Shown one piece after another: positions 40,129 to 49,599 of a DNA stretch of 64,000 bases. Both the position numbers and the translations under genes were made by a program. The DNA lies in IMG/VR virus record IMGVR_UViG_3300011008_000002; one strand, given 5' to 3'. How positions within the stretch are numbered: position 1 is the first letter of the stretch; every line of letters begins with the position of its first letter. The DNA comes from a virus (lineage: Duplodnaviria; Caudoviricetes). The notes under the pieces were generated by a model. That model was not told the DNA's origin, made no database searches, and was given only the letters and a program-made list of their open reading frames with translations.

Positions 40129-41385
40129 TTATGTGAACAAGTCCTCTGATTTCAGAGTAAAAGTTCTGACTGTACTATCGTGCGACTTCTTCATCTTTGC
40201 ACGAAGCATCGAATTAGAAACACGCCCGAATGTTAATCCGGGATATTTGATACCTAGTAGATAGTATCTATCCCCTGCACATCGGTTGCATAATTTTTTA
40301 CCAATGCAATAATCAGGAAGACGCATTTCTACAGTCTTATTGAGATATTCTGACTGATTATCCGGTTCTAATCGGACGTATTTGTTTGGTCCTACTTTGA
40401 TGAATTGATACATATAATAGTGCATGATACCCTTGGTAAGGGTAACAGTTGCACATAACCCAGTACCGCAATCTGTACCTTTATCATCAAGAACCACATC
40501 CTGAAATCCGGCAGCCAGCTTCTTTGTTGTATATCCACTTTCTCCAGTACCAATCGCTTTCGGATAGAAACCAGATACAACGGCATTAGCCAGAGAGGGG
40601 ATATTTTCTTTCGGGATACCCTCATAGAGAGATTGTGTAACAATCTCGAATTCTCCTTTATGGGCATTCCAGATTGGTCCTTTTGTACACAACCATTGCC
40701 TATAAGCATTGTCGAATGAACCTCTTGCACCCGATGAATAAAGCTCATACGCAGGATCATCCTTTAGTTCTTCTTCAGCAACCCGAACTAACTCGTCTTG
40801 TATATGTTTGTACGTGATTGCGTCATTGTTTTCAATTGCATCCTTATTTTCCGCAATCAATTGTTTCTTACGAGCCATTACTTTAGGAAGAGGTTTCGCT
40901 GTTCTAATTGATAGAGATGAACATATCTGAGTATTAACGGTGAATGCCAACCAACAAAGTCTGTTCATATATTCTATGTATTTCTTTGTAGTGGTATCCG
41001 TTTCATCCAACATAATTGCTGTAGCAATCATCTCATCAATTTTTTTGAGACCTTTCTTGGTAATCTCGAAGTTCACGTATCCTACTTCCTTTTGGAAATA
41101 CGGCTCTATCAAGAATTTATTGAAAATTAATAACCCACAGTTAGTGGTTATCTTTTCAGAATTGAAGTAATCACCCTTTTCCAAAACTATTTCATCAAAA
41201 GTATTGAACTTTGATGGAATAATCTTTGGTTCCTGAACTCCGGTTTTAGGGTCTTTCTTCATATTGTTCGGGTCTACTTTGTCTGTAAAAAGACTATCAA
41301 ACAATGTCTGCGTAATATCATCAGGTTTAAGGCTCAAAAACATTGCTTTTTCTTCAGCAGTTATGGTACGCTTTTTTCTCGTCAT
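40129..41385 (-). CDS. RNA polymerase beta' subunit, C-terminal part
   Basis: SGARGS, bridge-helix-like TGESGYTTKKL, DCGT, second Zn site C....LCNRCAG. Confidence 0.88.
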   Translation of the reverse strand: MTRKKRTITAEEKAMFLSLKPDDITQTLFDSLFTDKVDPNNMKKDPKTGVQEPKIIPSKFNTFDEIVLEKGDYFNSEKITTNCGLLIFNKFLIEPYFQKEVGYVNFEITKKGLKKIDEMIATAIMLDETDTTTKKYIEYMNRLCWLAFTVNTQICSSLSIRTAKPLPKVMARKKQLIAENKDAIENNDAITYKHIQDELVRVAEEELKDDPAYELYSSGARGSFDNAYRQWLCTKGPIWNAHKGEFEIVTQSLYEGIPKENIPSLANAVVSGFYPKAIGTGESGYTTKKLAAGFQDVVLDDKGTDCGTGLCATVTLTKGIMHYYMYQFIKVGPNKYVRLEPDNQSEYLNKTVEMRLPDYCIGKKLCNRCAGDRYYLLGIKYPGLTFGRVSNSMLRAKMKKSHDSTVRTFTLKSEDLFT

Positions 41386-41454
41386 TTATTTCTCACCGCC
41401 TTATTTTCACATGCTATATCACCACCCTTAGTCAATATCAATACGTAATAAAAA

Positions 41455-42330
41455 TTACGCACTGTACCAACGATAGACAATACTCATGTCCTTTTCCATA
41501 TGTAAAGGTTCATTAGTGAAGTGGCAGCAAGAAGCCTGACGAACCTGCTTGTAGTCAGGGCGACCATCTTCTGTTCTTGAAAGCACTCCTGTGCACAGAC
41601 CAATCTCACTGAAACGAATCTCCTCGATGTTATCGTACAAATCAAACCACTCCCTGAAGTCATCTTTCTCGATGGAGCATACACATTCTGCAAATACTTC
41701 AATAGGAGTGTTCCTTGTAGACGTGTAGTCAGCCTCTGTAACTGCACTACCGTCAACATCCTTTGCAGCATCTTTCCAAAGAGGAGTAATAACGGGAGTC
41801 CTCTCGAATACTTTCCCGTAATACGCATATTTACCGTCTTCAAGCTGACGCATGAGATAATACTTTTCGTATTCTTCCATACCCTCAACAAACGGTTCCT
41901 GTACAACACGGAAAGGAATAATCTGGTTCAACTCCCTCTGTTGCTGATATACCGCTTTAATATCCTTACGGGAATCACCACAACCCCCGATACCAACAGT
42001 CCAAAGGCAAATAGCATTCTCCCTGGGATACTTCTCGGTAATAGACGGTCCATCTGTTGCAATGTTCATAATGTTATTCAGATAGTCAACATGAACCCCT
42101 GAACTTACATTGAACATCTTCTCAAGTGCATACAAAGAACCACCGAGTAGGATCTCATTATGTTTACGTCTTATGACATTTTCACCAAGTAAGCTAAGTC
42201 CCGTGGCGGGGTCAACCGATGGTATCCCTCTGGTAAGTATAACTTCGCCTGCGAGACCAACATGGTCATGATGGTATGACATATCTTTCAGAATCCTAGT
42301 AGATTCATTGATCTTTGTCAAAACTGGCAT
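41455..42330 (-). CDS. probable virion/baseplate protein
   Basis: 291 aa, SD AAGGAGG, CACA-N6-TA at 42365-42376. Confidence 0.65.
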   Translation of the reverse strand: MPVLTKINESTRILKDMSYHHDHVGLAGEVILTRGIPSVDPATGLSLLGENVIRRKHNEILLGGSLYALEKMFNVSSGVHVDYLNNIMNIATDGPSITEKYPRENAICLWTVGIGGCGDSRKDIKAVYQQQRELNQIIPFRVVQEPFVEGMEEYEKYYLMRQLEDGKYAYYGKVFERTPVITPLWKDAAKDVDGSAVTEADYTSTRNTPIEVFAECVCSIEKDDFREWFDLYDNIEEIRFSEIGLCTGVLSRTEDGRPDYKQVRQASCCHFTNEPLHMEKDMSIVYRWYSA

Positions 42331-42378
42331 CTCTTTATTCCTCCTTATTTCATTTTGTAAATCTTATTTAATTGTGTC

Positions 42379-45300
42379 CTAACTGTCGTGTATTATGAAT
42401 TTCAGAGGGCATCTAGTATCAGACATAGCCATCCTATCATATATTTTCATGTTACAGCTAGATACAAGATTTTCAACAAAATTTTCTAGTATATCTTCTC
42501 TAGGCACCAGTAATCCATTGTTGAATAGAACGTACTCAATATCATCATCGTCTTTTTGTACTCTTGCAGCTTTAATCGAATCAACGAAACCGATTTTATC
42601 TGACAAAAGTATAGACCCAGAACTAATGATGTTATCAGAGTATGGTTTTCCGATGTTTTCACGTATCTTGATATTTACATCTCTCGTGTTTACAGATTCA
42701 TGGTTATCTTGAGTATCATTTATGTTTCCTCTAACAACCAAAGGTTCTATGACATCATATGAAAATTGTTTATCATCTTGCCGTTTGTATTTCGTACCAA
42801 ATAATGGAGTATCAGAGTATCTTGTAGACATTATCTCCCTTAAGATTTCGTTCTCACTCATATTTGTTGCTAAATCTTGCATTGATACATTATCTCTTAA
42901 ATAAGTATCAGCGAAACTATAGATAGAGTCGTAAAGAGAACCACCTTTTTCAACCAACTTAATGTATCCAGTGCCCTTCAAATAAACGATGGTGTCTGAA
43001 TACATACCCATCATAAGATCTTTAGGTGATATTCTAGCCACAAGTTTAGTTGAGTCTCTCATAAGATTGAAGAAATCTTTCAAATCTAACTTACTTGATG
43101 TACGAATAAAATCAAACAGCTTGCCGCGTGTCTCTTTTTTCTTCATTACAGCAGACATTGCATTTATCCACTCATGATAACCAATATCAAGTTCCTTTAT
43201 GGACATACTTGCATGGAACCACATACGGGTCATCATTTTCATGAGATTGTAATATCTACTGTCAAAAAGATATATCACTTCCATATCATTAATGTCTATG
43301 GTATAAGACTTAAACCATCTGAGAAGTCTTATGATACCATTAACAATGGTTGTATCGACAGGATTTAGATACTTCAGATATTCTGCGTCAACAAACATAG
43401 TTGACATCTTTGTGGCGATGTAATTAATCTTATCAACACAGGCTTCTGGTTCCAACTCGTCTATGTAAGTATATATCGGAAAATCATAAGCTTTAAGCCA
43501 ATCCATATAAGTCTCTGGTATTGACCCATCAGGTAATGCAAATACTTCATTATGAACGTCTGTCACCAATAATGCATTATATAGCTTCTTTGTAGCGTGA
43601 TATACACGTTCATCTTGAGTAATCTGCATAGTCTCTACCAGTAATCGGTTTAACTCTCTTACATTCCGATACATCTCATTCACATCACTTGTTGTACTAA
43701 AGTAGATATCTTTGATGTAACTGACCAATTTTTGAGAATACAAGTCTGGATGACTGGTAATCTCATGTCTAATGGCTTCCAAATCCAAGTCGAAGTTAAA
43801 ACCAAGAACCGCTAATGCTTGTGATGGGGATGTAAGTAAATCTGGTTCTGTTTTGTAGTATTTGCACATAATACAAATGAGCATAACTTCAAGTTCAAAC
43901 AAAGATACCGGTGTTGGACTAATCATTGAGATATCTACTGTAATATTAGATGTCTCATATTTCTTATCGCATAACATTTTCTGAAGGTAAATATGCTCAA
44001 ATACAACTTCCTGCATATGAAGAGTTATTGCGATATTTGTATATTTTGTCTCAACATAGTTAATCTCAGCTTCTTGAAGTTTCTCAACCAGTTCTCTATC
44101 CTCAATCCACAACGAGTCAGGTACTGTAACTGATTCGTATGAATGTGCGTTAGCATCAGTTATCTCAACCAAATCAATATCGTTCTCGTTCATTGGAACT
44201 CCGACAAAATAATAGTCATAAGTCTGAGTTTTGTCAAGTTCATATGAAGCATTTCCGTCATCATCAAGAACAGTCCGATATATAAAGATTGGTTTGGGTT
44301 CTGATTCATCATCAACCTGAGCTGTTTTATGCTGTTTCACCAACAAATACTTTGTTAAATCATAATTATCATATTCTATCAAACTCAGAATATCATACAT
44401 AACTTGAGATGTACACTTATTCATGATGAGAATATTCAAATTCTTAACTAACGTCTTTTGTTGTCTTAATGTAAGAGTGTCAATAAACGGTACTCCGTAT
44501 GCATCAAGGAACATTCTGCAAGTTTCAAGGTCATAGAAATCTCTATCAACCATAACTTCAAACATCGAGTCAACCATTCTTTGAATTGCCATTACAAGGA
44601 TAAAAAATCCCATGTACGATTCATAGAAGTCATAGTTGGCACTGTAATGAAAGTTATATACCTGGGATAGTATATAGTTTCGTGCTTCCTCATAGTATAA
44701 GATGAAATCCCTATTGAAACGATTTGCATTATCTGGTCTTGGTACGTATAGTAATTCAAAATGACCGGCTGTTCTTGCTGTTACAATGTCAATTCTACGA
44801 GCCCCAAGATACTTGATATATTCTGCATTGTAATAATTGAGCTCCGAATATGTAGCATAAATTTCATCCAGAAACCCCTGTTTTTCCATTGCATTCAATA
44901 CCGTTTGAGGTAACTCGTGAAGCGGAGTAAGGTTATCTAATCGGTCAGCGTTATAATCCTCTATAGAGTCTTTGGTATAGCCAAAAGCTGCCAAATCTGT
45001 AGGACTTAAATAAATACTATCCGCATTCAAATCAGGTAGTCCTGCAAGCATACGATAGTAATTATTTCTTTCTGTATAATTTTGTATTATCTCTTGACGT
45101 CTCAGTTCAAGAGCTTTTGCACGCTTTTCTTCAGGAACGAGGTATATATCTTCGCTCCTGATTTTCATAATCAGTTCATTATCGTAAATACCCACCGCAT
45201 TTAGTACCTTCACAGATAGAGTTTTTGGTCGTACAGCCATCCAATTATCCGTACGAAGCATTGCTGCTACAAACTCATCTCCTGCAAGTCTTGTCGTCCC

Positions 45301-45402
45301 AGTTTCATACTTTTCAGCTTCTCTTGACGACTTATATACGATATGCGGAACGATTGCTCTAAGGTAACGTTTGAAACTGTTTACCATTTCCATACGAACC
45401 AT
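42379..45402 (-). CDS. large probable virion/baseplate protein
   Basis: 1007 aa, NYTERNNYYRMLAGLP segment recalled from jumbo-phage structural proteins, AACA-N6-TA at 45423-45434. Confidence 0.65.
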   Translation of the reverse strand: MVRMEMVNSFKRYLRAIVPHIVYKSSREAEKYETGTTRLAGDEFVAAMLRTDNWMAVRPKTLSVKVLNAVGIYDNELIMKIRSEDIYLVPEEKRAKALELRRQEIIQNYTERNNYYRMLAGLPDLNADSIYLSPTDLAAFGYTKDSIEDYNADRLDNLTPLHELPQTVLNAMEKQGFLDEIYATYSELNYYNAEYIKYLGARRIDIVTARTAGHFELLYVPRPDNANRFNRDFILYYEEARNYILSQVYNFHYSANYDFYESYMGFFILVMAIQRMVDSMFEVMVDRDFYDLETCRMFLDAYGVPFIDTLTLRQQKTLVKNLNILIMNKCTSQVMYDILSLIEYDNYDLTKYLLVKQHKTAQVDDESEPKPIFIYRTVLDDDGNASYELDKTQTYDYYFVGVPMNENDIDLVEITDANAHSYESVTVPDSLWIEDRELVEKLQEAEINYVETKYTNIAITLHMQEVVFEHIYLQKMLCDKKYETSNITVDISMISPTPVSLFELEVMLICIMCKYYKTEPDLLTSPSQALAVLGFNFDLDLEAIRHEITSHPDLYSQKLVSYIKDIYFSTTSDVNEMYRNVRELNRLLVETMQITQDERVYHATKKLYNALLVTDVHNEVFALPDGSIPETYMDWLKAYDFPIYTYIDELEPEACVDKINYIATKMSTMFVDAEYLKYLNPVDTTIVNGIIRLLRWFKSYTIDINDMEVIYLFDSRYYNLMKMMTRMWFHASMSIKELDIGYHEWINAMSAVMKKKETRGKLFDFIRTSSKLDLKDFFNLMRDSTKLVARISPKDLMMGMYSDTIVYLKGTGYIKLVEKGGSLYDSIYSFADTYLRDNVSMQDLATNMSENEILREIMSTRYSDTPLFGTKYKRQDDKQFSYDVIEPLVVRGNINDTQDNHESVNTRDVNIKIRENIGKPYSDNIISSGSILLSDKIGFVDSIKAARVQKDDDDIEYVLFNNGLLVPREDILENFVENLVSSCNMKIYDRMAMSDTRCPLKFIIHDS

Positions 45403-45499
45403 CTCCTTTCCGCGTACAATCTTAAATGTATGTTAAAATCCATTATTTTTAAGCTTCGGACACAAGGACTTAAAGTATTAGAGAGGAGATGATGGGAAA

Positions 45500-46111
45500 A
45501 TGATTATTATTGACGGTCCCACTGGAAGTGGAAAAACCACGACTTTAAAGGAATTAGAAACCCTTGGATATAAGGTTATTCCTACCTATACTACTAGACC
45601 AATAAGAGCTCACGATTTTGGTACAATACATGTCGAACCGAATGAGTATAATGCTGTGTTTAAAGAAAACAAGACGTTTGCTGATTTCAAAATTAATACA
45701 GCATATGGTGAGTATGTATGGTATCTGAATACAGATGATCTAAAGAAGGCAGGGAATATGTCTGCATTGGTTGGGAGTATTAAAATTACTCCAACTCTAG
45801 CAGTATATGCCAATTGGGTATTACGTGAACCATTATTCAAAGTATTTCTGAATGTTGATTATAAGACCATACTAGAAAGAACTAAAGACTTCATAAACGG
45901 AGATGAAAATGCTATAAAGGATAGGTTGAGAAGGTTCAAGAAAGATGATGATGAACTACAGGGTTTGAAGTTCAATGCTAACTTTGTTGTTGAGAATAGA
46001 GATATGGGAATTGCTCCCCATGTAGTCGCAGACCTCATTATAGAAAACTATCAACTATTCCTAAAGGAAAGGAGTGTTTATGATGAAGCAAATGCCCGGT
46101 ATCATATTTGA
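45500..46111 (+). CDS. guanylate kinase-like NMP kinase
   Basis: GPTGSGKT P-loop, TYTTRPIR; CACA-N6-TA at 45461-45472. Confidence 0.75.
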   Translation: MIIIDGPTGSGKTTTLKELETLGYKVIPTYTTRPIRAHDFGTIHVEPNEYNAVFKENKTFADFKINTAYGEYVWYLNTDDLKKAGNMSALVGSIKITPTLAVYANWVLREPLFKVFLNVDYKTILERTKDFINGDENAIKDRLRRFKKDDDELQGLKFNANFVVENRDMGIAPHVVADLIIENYQLFLKERSVYDEANARYHI

Positions 46112-46772
46112 TAAAGCAGAAGCTCCTCATCCGAGGATAGACTCAGATAATGCTTCTTACTATATCGAATTTGACAAGACAGAGGAGTACTTTGATTTCT
46201 TTGATAATGAAATAGCATTTATTAAAGGAGTCGAAAGAAATGTAAGGAAACATCGTTTCTTAAGGATAACGTATCCGAAGTATCTTAAGGAAGTGGTTGG
46301 ACTTAAGGAATGTCAAGTATTATCCAATATTAAAGCTGATGATAAAAGTGGTGTAAAGTTGGAGTTACATCACGGACCTATTCTCACGTTATTTGATACT
46401 TGTGAAATTGTTACAAGAGCTTTTCGCGCAAGGGGTGTTAAAAATATTAATACTTTCTCAGTAGCGAATGAAGTGGTGGAGCAACATAGGTTAAATAATG
46501 TGAGGGTAATGTTCTTATGTAAATCAGTTCATCAGAAGGTACATGACGAAGGAATATACATCAATTATCAGCAGGGCTTTGGCGATACTTTACGGTTCAT
46601 AGAACTTTTCTCAGATGGAATTGATAAAGCCATGAAAATGAAAATCAATGATTACATTGGTTGGAGTATTGACCATGACTCTACAGATAATGATATTCTA
46701 AAGATTGCTGATACTATGAGGGAATGGGGAAATAACGATTTTGATAACTTTGATTCCATTCCTATTCAATAA
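46080..46772 (+). CDS. HNH-like protein, paralog of 54268..54966
   Basis: C...ELHHGPILTLF...LCKSVHQKVH. Confidence 0.6.
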   Translation: MMKQMPGIIFDKAEAPHPRIDSDNASYYIEFDKTEEYFDFFDNEIAFIKGVERNVRKHRFLRITYPKYLKEVVGLKECQVLSNIKADDKSGVKLELHHGPILTLFDTCEIVTRAFRARGVKNINTFSVANEVVEQHRLNNVRVMFLCKSVHQKVHDEGIYINYQQGFGDTLRFIELFSDGIDKAMKMKINDYIGWSIDHDSTDNDILKIADTMREWGNNDFDNFDSIPIQ

Positions 46773-46785
46773 GGGGGTTTATATT

Positions 46786-47295
46786 ATGACGGATGTAGCA
46801 ATTATTGTTTTATTGATAATCTTGATTGGTGTGATTATATACCAAATCAAAATGGATTTCTATAATAGACAGAAGATGTTTGAACTTCAGATAGAGGGTG
46901 CAAAAGGACAACAGGCAGTACTCAAAGATATGAGTTGGGAAGATATAAAGAAAACCGTAAACGATATCATATCATTTAACGTAAGTACATATATCATCAC
47001 AAATGGCTTACAAAAAATGAAGAATGATGAGTTGTCTCTGATGTGGACTATGATACTTGGAGAATTATGTACAAGAATTGATATGTCTATATCAGATGAG
47101 ATAAAACGACAAGCATTCAAATCCATATCGCAAGATTATTTCAGTCGTTTTATTAAAGATTCCGTACAGATAACGATTATCTATCAACTAGAGAATAATA
47201 AAGATAACTCTGTAAATAATCGGTTATCGCGGATACAACAGACTCAATCCAATCTTCCTGATATAACTCAACGTGTAACAAATGCAAAAAAATAA
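46786..47295 (+). CDS. N-terminally anchored membrane protein
   Basis: Start revised to ATG 46786 behind AAGGGGG; TM VAIIVLLIILIGVIIY; palindromic terminator 47288-47323. Confidence 0.7.
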   Translation: MTDVAIIVLLIILIGVIIYQIKMDFYNRQKMFELQIEGAKGQQAVLKDMSWEDIKKTVNDIISFNVSTYIITNGLQKMKNDELSLMWTMILGELCTRIDMSISDEIKRQAFKSISQDYFSRFIKDSVQITIIYQLENNKDNSVNNRLSRIQQTQSNLPDITQRVTNAKK

Positions 47296-47335
47296 TGGGG
47301 TACGGTCGTACCCCATTATTTTTCTTCAGGTATAC

Positions 47336-47842
47336 AAAAAATGAACAAGGATAGCTTATTATTTGCTATCCTTGTTCCGTTACCTTTATCGGGAGTTTAC
47401 CCGCTTGCAAGACATTTTGTCTTACTTTACCGGTTGGCGGTACTCAAATCTTTCCATGCTAACCAACCGTTTCTCCTTTCCGACACTATCTGCAAGGAAC
47501 ATCCTCACCGATATATGGTCACGGAACGTCCGCAACCAATGGAGAAACAACTTCAAATCACATTGTCCCTTTTATTTCAGTCTTGTCATAGATTATGCCC
47601 ACTCACCCGTTGGCTCACTTAGATTCATGACCATCCTCTAAGTCTTTTATTGATTGGGTGTCTTTATCTCACTTACCGGTTTTCAAAATGGTCTGCTTAA
47701 GTCAGCCATTACCCACTCATAAGTGTCCCTCTAGGAAACGAAACCATCCCGTGCACAAGATAAATTCCGTCGGTCTTCGATAAGCACAGCCCGGGTGACT
47801 CCATATACCAGCCGGGACATTTATTGACAGCGAGTCTCTTGA
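47336..47842 (-). ncRNA. candidate large (~500 nt) structured ncRNA F
   Basis: GC-enriched, no credible ORF, many stems with G-U pairs on -, ends in GAACAAGGATAGC/GCTATCCTTGTTC plus ATTTTTTGTAT. Confidence 0.6.
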
Positions 47843-48715
47843 TTATCTGGATTTTATTTGGCGACTGTTGTTCTTCCCTATCCCAAGAGAAGCCATATTT
47901 AACATTGGGACTAAAATATGGTTGAAATTAAAACGTATATCCATCAATTCTTTATACGACATATCGAGTTCGTCAACTCCAAATGTCTTATTATCCATAT
48001 GAAGTATAAACAATGATTCACTGTTAAACTCTCTATATACATCAATCGGTAAACGAAAATACTTATAGTCATCTATAGTATTAACCATGTACTTCGTCGC
48101 ACCTTCATAATCGAATTTAACAATGTATTTCAAATACCTCTTTATGATAGGAACAATGCCTGTCATATGATAACGCGACAACACATCATCACTGATGCCT
48201 TTTATTGCGATATCGTCTGTATAAGAGTTGTAAAATACTTCATATGCTACGTGTCTGGACTTAAGGTTGGTTTGTAACTCATCCTTGCCCAGTAAGAAAT
48301 AAATGTCATACGTATGCTTCTCTCTGAAGTTAATATATTCACCTATTTCTGTTTGATAAACATATCTCTTTAGAAATATAGCATCACGTTTGACTGAAAA
48401 AATATCAACTGCATCTAGTTCGTTTCTTTCTCCAAAAAGCAACCTATATTTCCTGAAGAACTCCTCTAGCTTCTTCGGAATGGTTCGCTCATTAGGATTT
48501 TTGGAATACCTCAACTTTCCTATAACGGAGTCTCTTTCAACTCCTTTCGGAATTTTCTTTAATGACTCAATCATCTTTGGAGGAAGTAGTTGTTCCTCCT
48601 GTATGATAGAAAGTCCTCCATCTTTCATATCATACTCGATGATATCCCCGATGAACAAATCTGTTGGATCTGTCCATCGGGATTTTTCAAGGAGTTTTCT
48701 TGTGTCTTCTGTCAC
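47843..48715 (-). CDS. minimal family-B DNA polymerase-like palm protein
   Basis: Motif A-like IIEYDMKDGGLSI and motif C-like IFSVKRDAIF; no exonuclease domain (290 aa). Confidence 0.55.
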   Translation of the reverse strand: MTEDTRKLLEKSRWTDPTDLFIGDIIEYDMKDGGLSIIQEEQLLPPKMIESLKKIPKGVERDSVIGKLRYSKNPNERTIPKKLEEFFRKYRLLFGERNELDAVDIFSVKRDAIFLKRYVYQTEIGEYINFREKHTYDIYFLLGKDELQTNLKSRHVAYEVFYNSYTDDIAIKGISDDVLSRYHMTGIVPIIKRYLKYIVKFDYEGATKYMVNTIDDYKYFRLPIDVYREFNSESLFILHMDNKTFGVDELDMSYKELMDIRFNFNHILVPMLNMASLGIGKNNSRQIKSR

Positions 48716-49599
48716 GGTGTTTCGTATTCAACCCTTCTTTGCGAACTTAATCGCATATCGTGGAGGATTTTATCTACTAACATCTCTTTCGACGAACCAG
48801 GAACTATCCTGATATTCCTCGCCCGACACATATCCTTTATATCATCATCTGATCTATTCAACAGCAACTCTATAACCTTATCTTCAAGGCTCTCCGTGAA
48901 ACGATTGTAGAAGACAGATTTGATATCCTCATTTTCTCCAGGAGACTTATTAATCATTGCGGCAACTTCTTCCTGTGCCCGTAATTTATCCTGTATCTCA
49001 TTTATATCTCCATAGTTACGGATAACACATTCAAAGTTATGACCATCAAATTCATCAGGAACCTCAATTTCGAGTGTCCTGACAAACTTATCGAACATCT
49101 TACGATCATCTTCGTATAACGTTACCAATTTCCTAACGTCACTGTATACGAAAGACTTAAACCCAAACTGGTCTTCAATGAATATCTGGAGATATTCTGG
49201 TATCCTACCTGAACACTCATAGGCAGCAAATACAATAAGGATATCACATCCTTCATTCACAGCCATATCTACAACCGCACATAAATCACTTAACGGTTCT
49301 GCTCCTAACAGATGAGAATTATACATGGTTACGAATGCATCTCTCTGCCTTGCGTCATACAGATATTCCATAGCCTTTGCCGGTGGAACCAAAGTATCAA
49401 CAAACTCTATGTTATCGTACTTAGATTCATAATGAATACCTGTATCTATTCCAGATATCATATCTCTTGTCTTTAGTGATCCTGATATCTCTCTTGATGC
49501 GATTAAAATAGAGTAGTTCGCCAGATCGTTAAATCTGGCGAACTCCATAACCAAGTCATCAAAAGAGATCATAATGATACTGCCTCTTTTATCAGACAT
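48712..49599 (-). CDS. hypothetical protein with C-terminal HEH/SAP-like motif
   Basis: DDIKDMCRARNIRIVPGSSKEMLVDKIL. Confidence 0.7.
   Translation of the reverse strand: MSDKRGSIIMISFDDLVMEFARFNDLANYSILIASREISGSLKTRDMISGIDTGIHYESKYDNIEFVDTLVPPAKAMEYLYDARQRDAFVTMYNSHLLGAEPLSDLCAVVDMAVNEGCDILIVFAAYECSGRIPEYLQIFIEDQFGFKSFVYSDVRKLVTLYEDDRKMFDKFVRTLEIEVPDEFDGHNFECVIRNYGDINEIQDKLRAQEEVAAMINKSPGENEDIKSVFYNRFTESLEDKVIELLLNRSDDDIKDMCRARNIRIVPGSSKEMLVDKILHDMRLSSQRRVEYETP

Noticed and set aside
47336-47842. RNase P, tmRNA, group I/II intron, or the + strand ORFs 47341..47641
   Set aside because: No GAGGAAAGUCC, no tRNA-like CCA end, no domain V or ordered P7 elements seen; the ORFs lack SD and overlap each other
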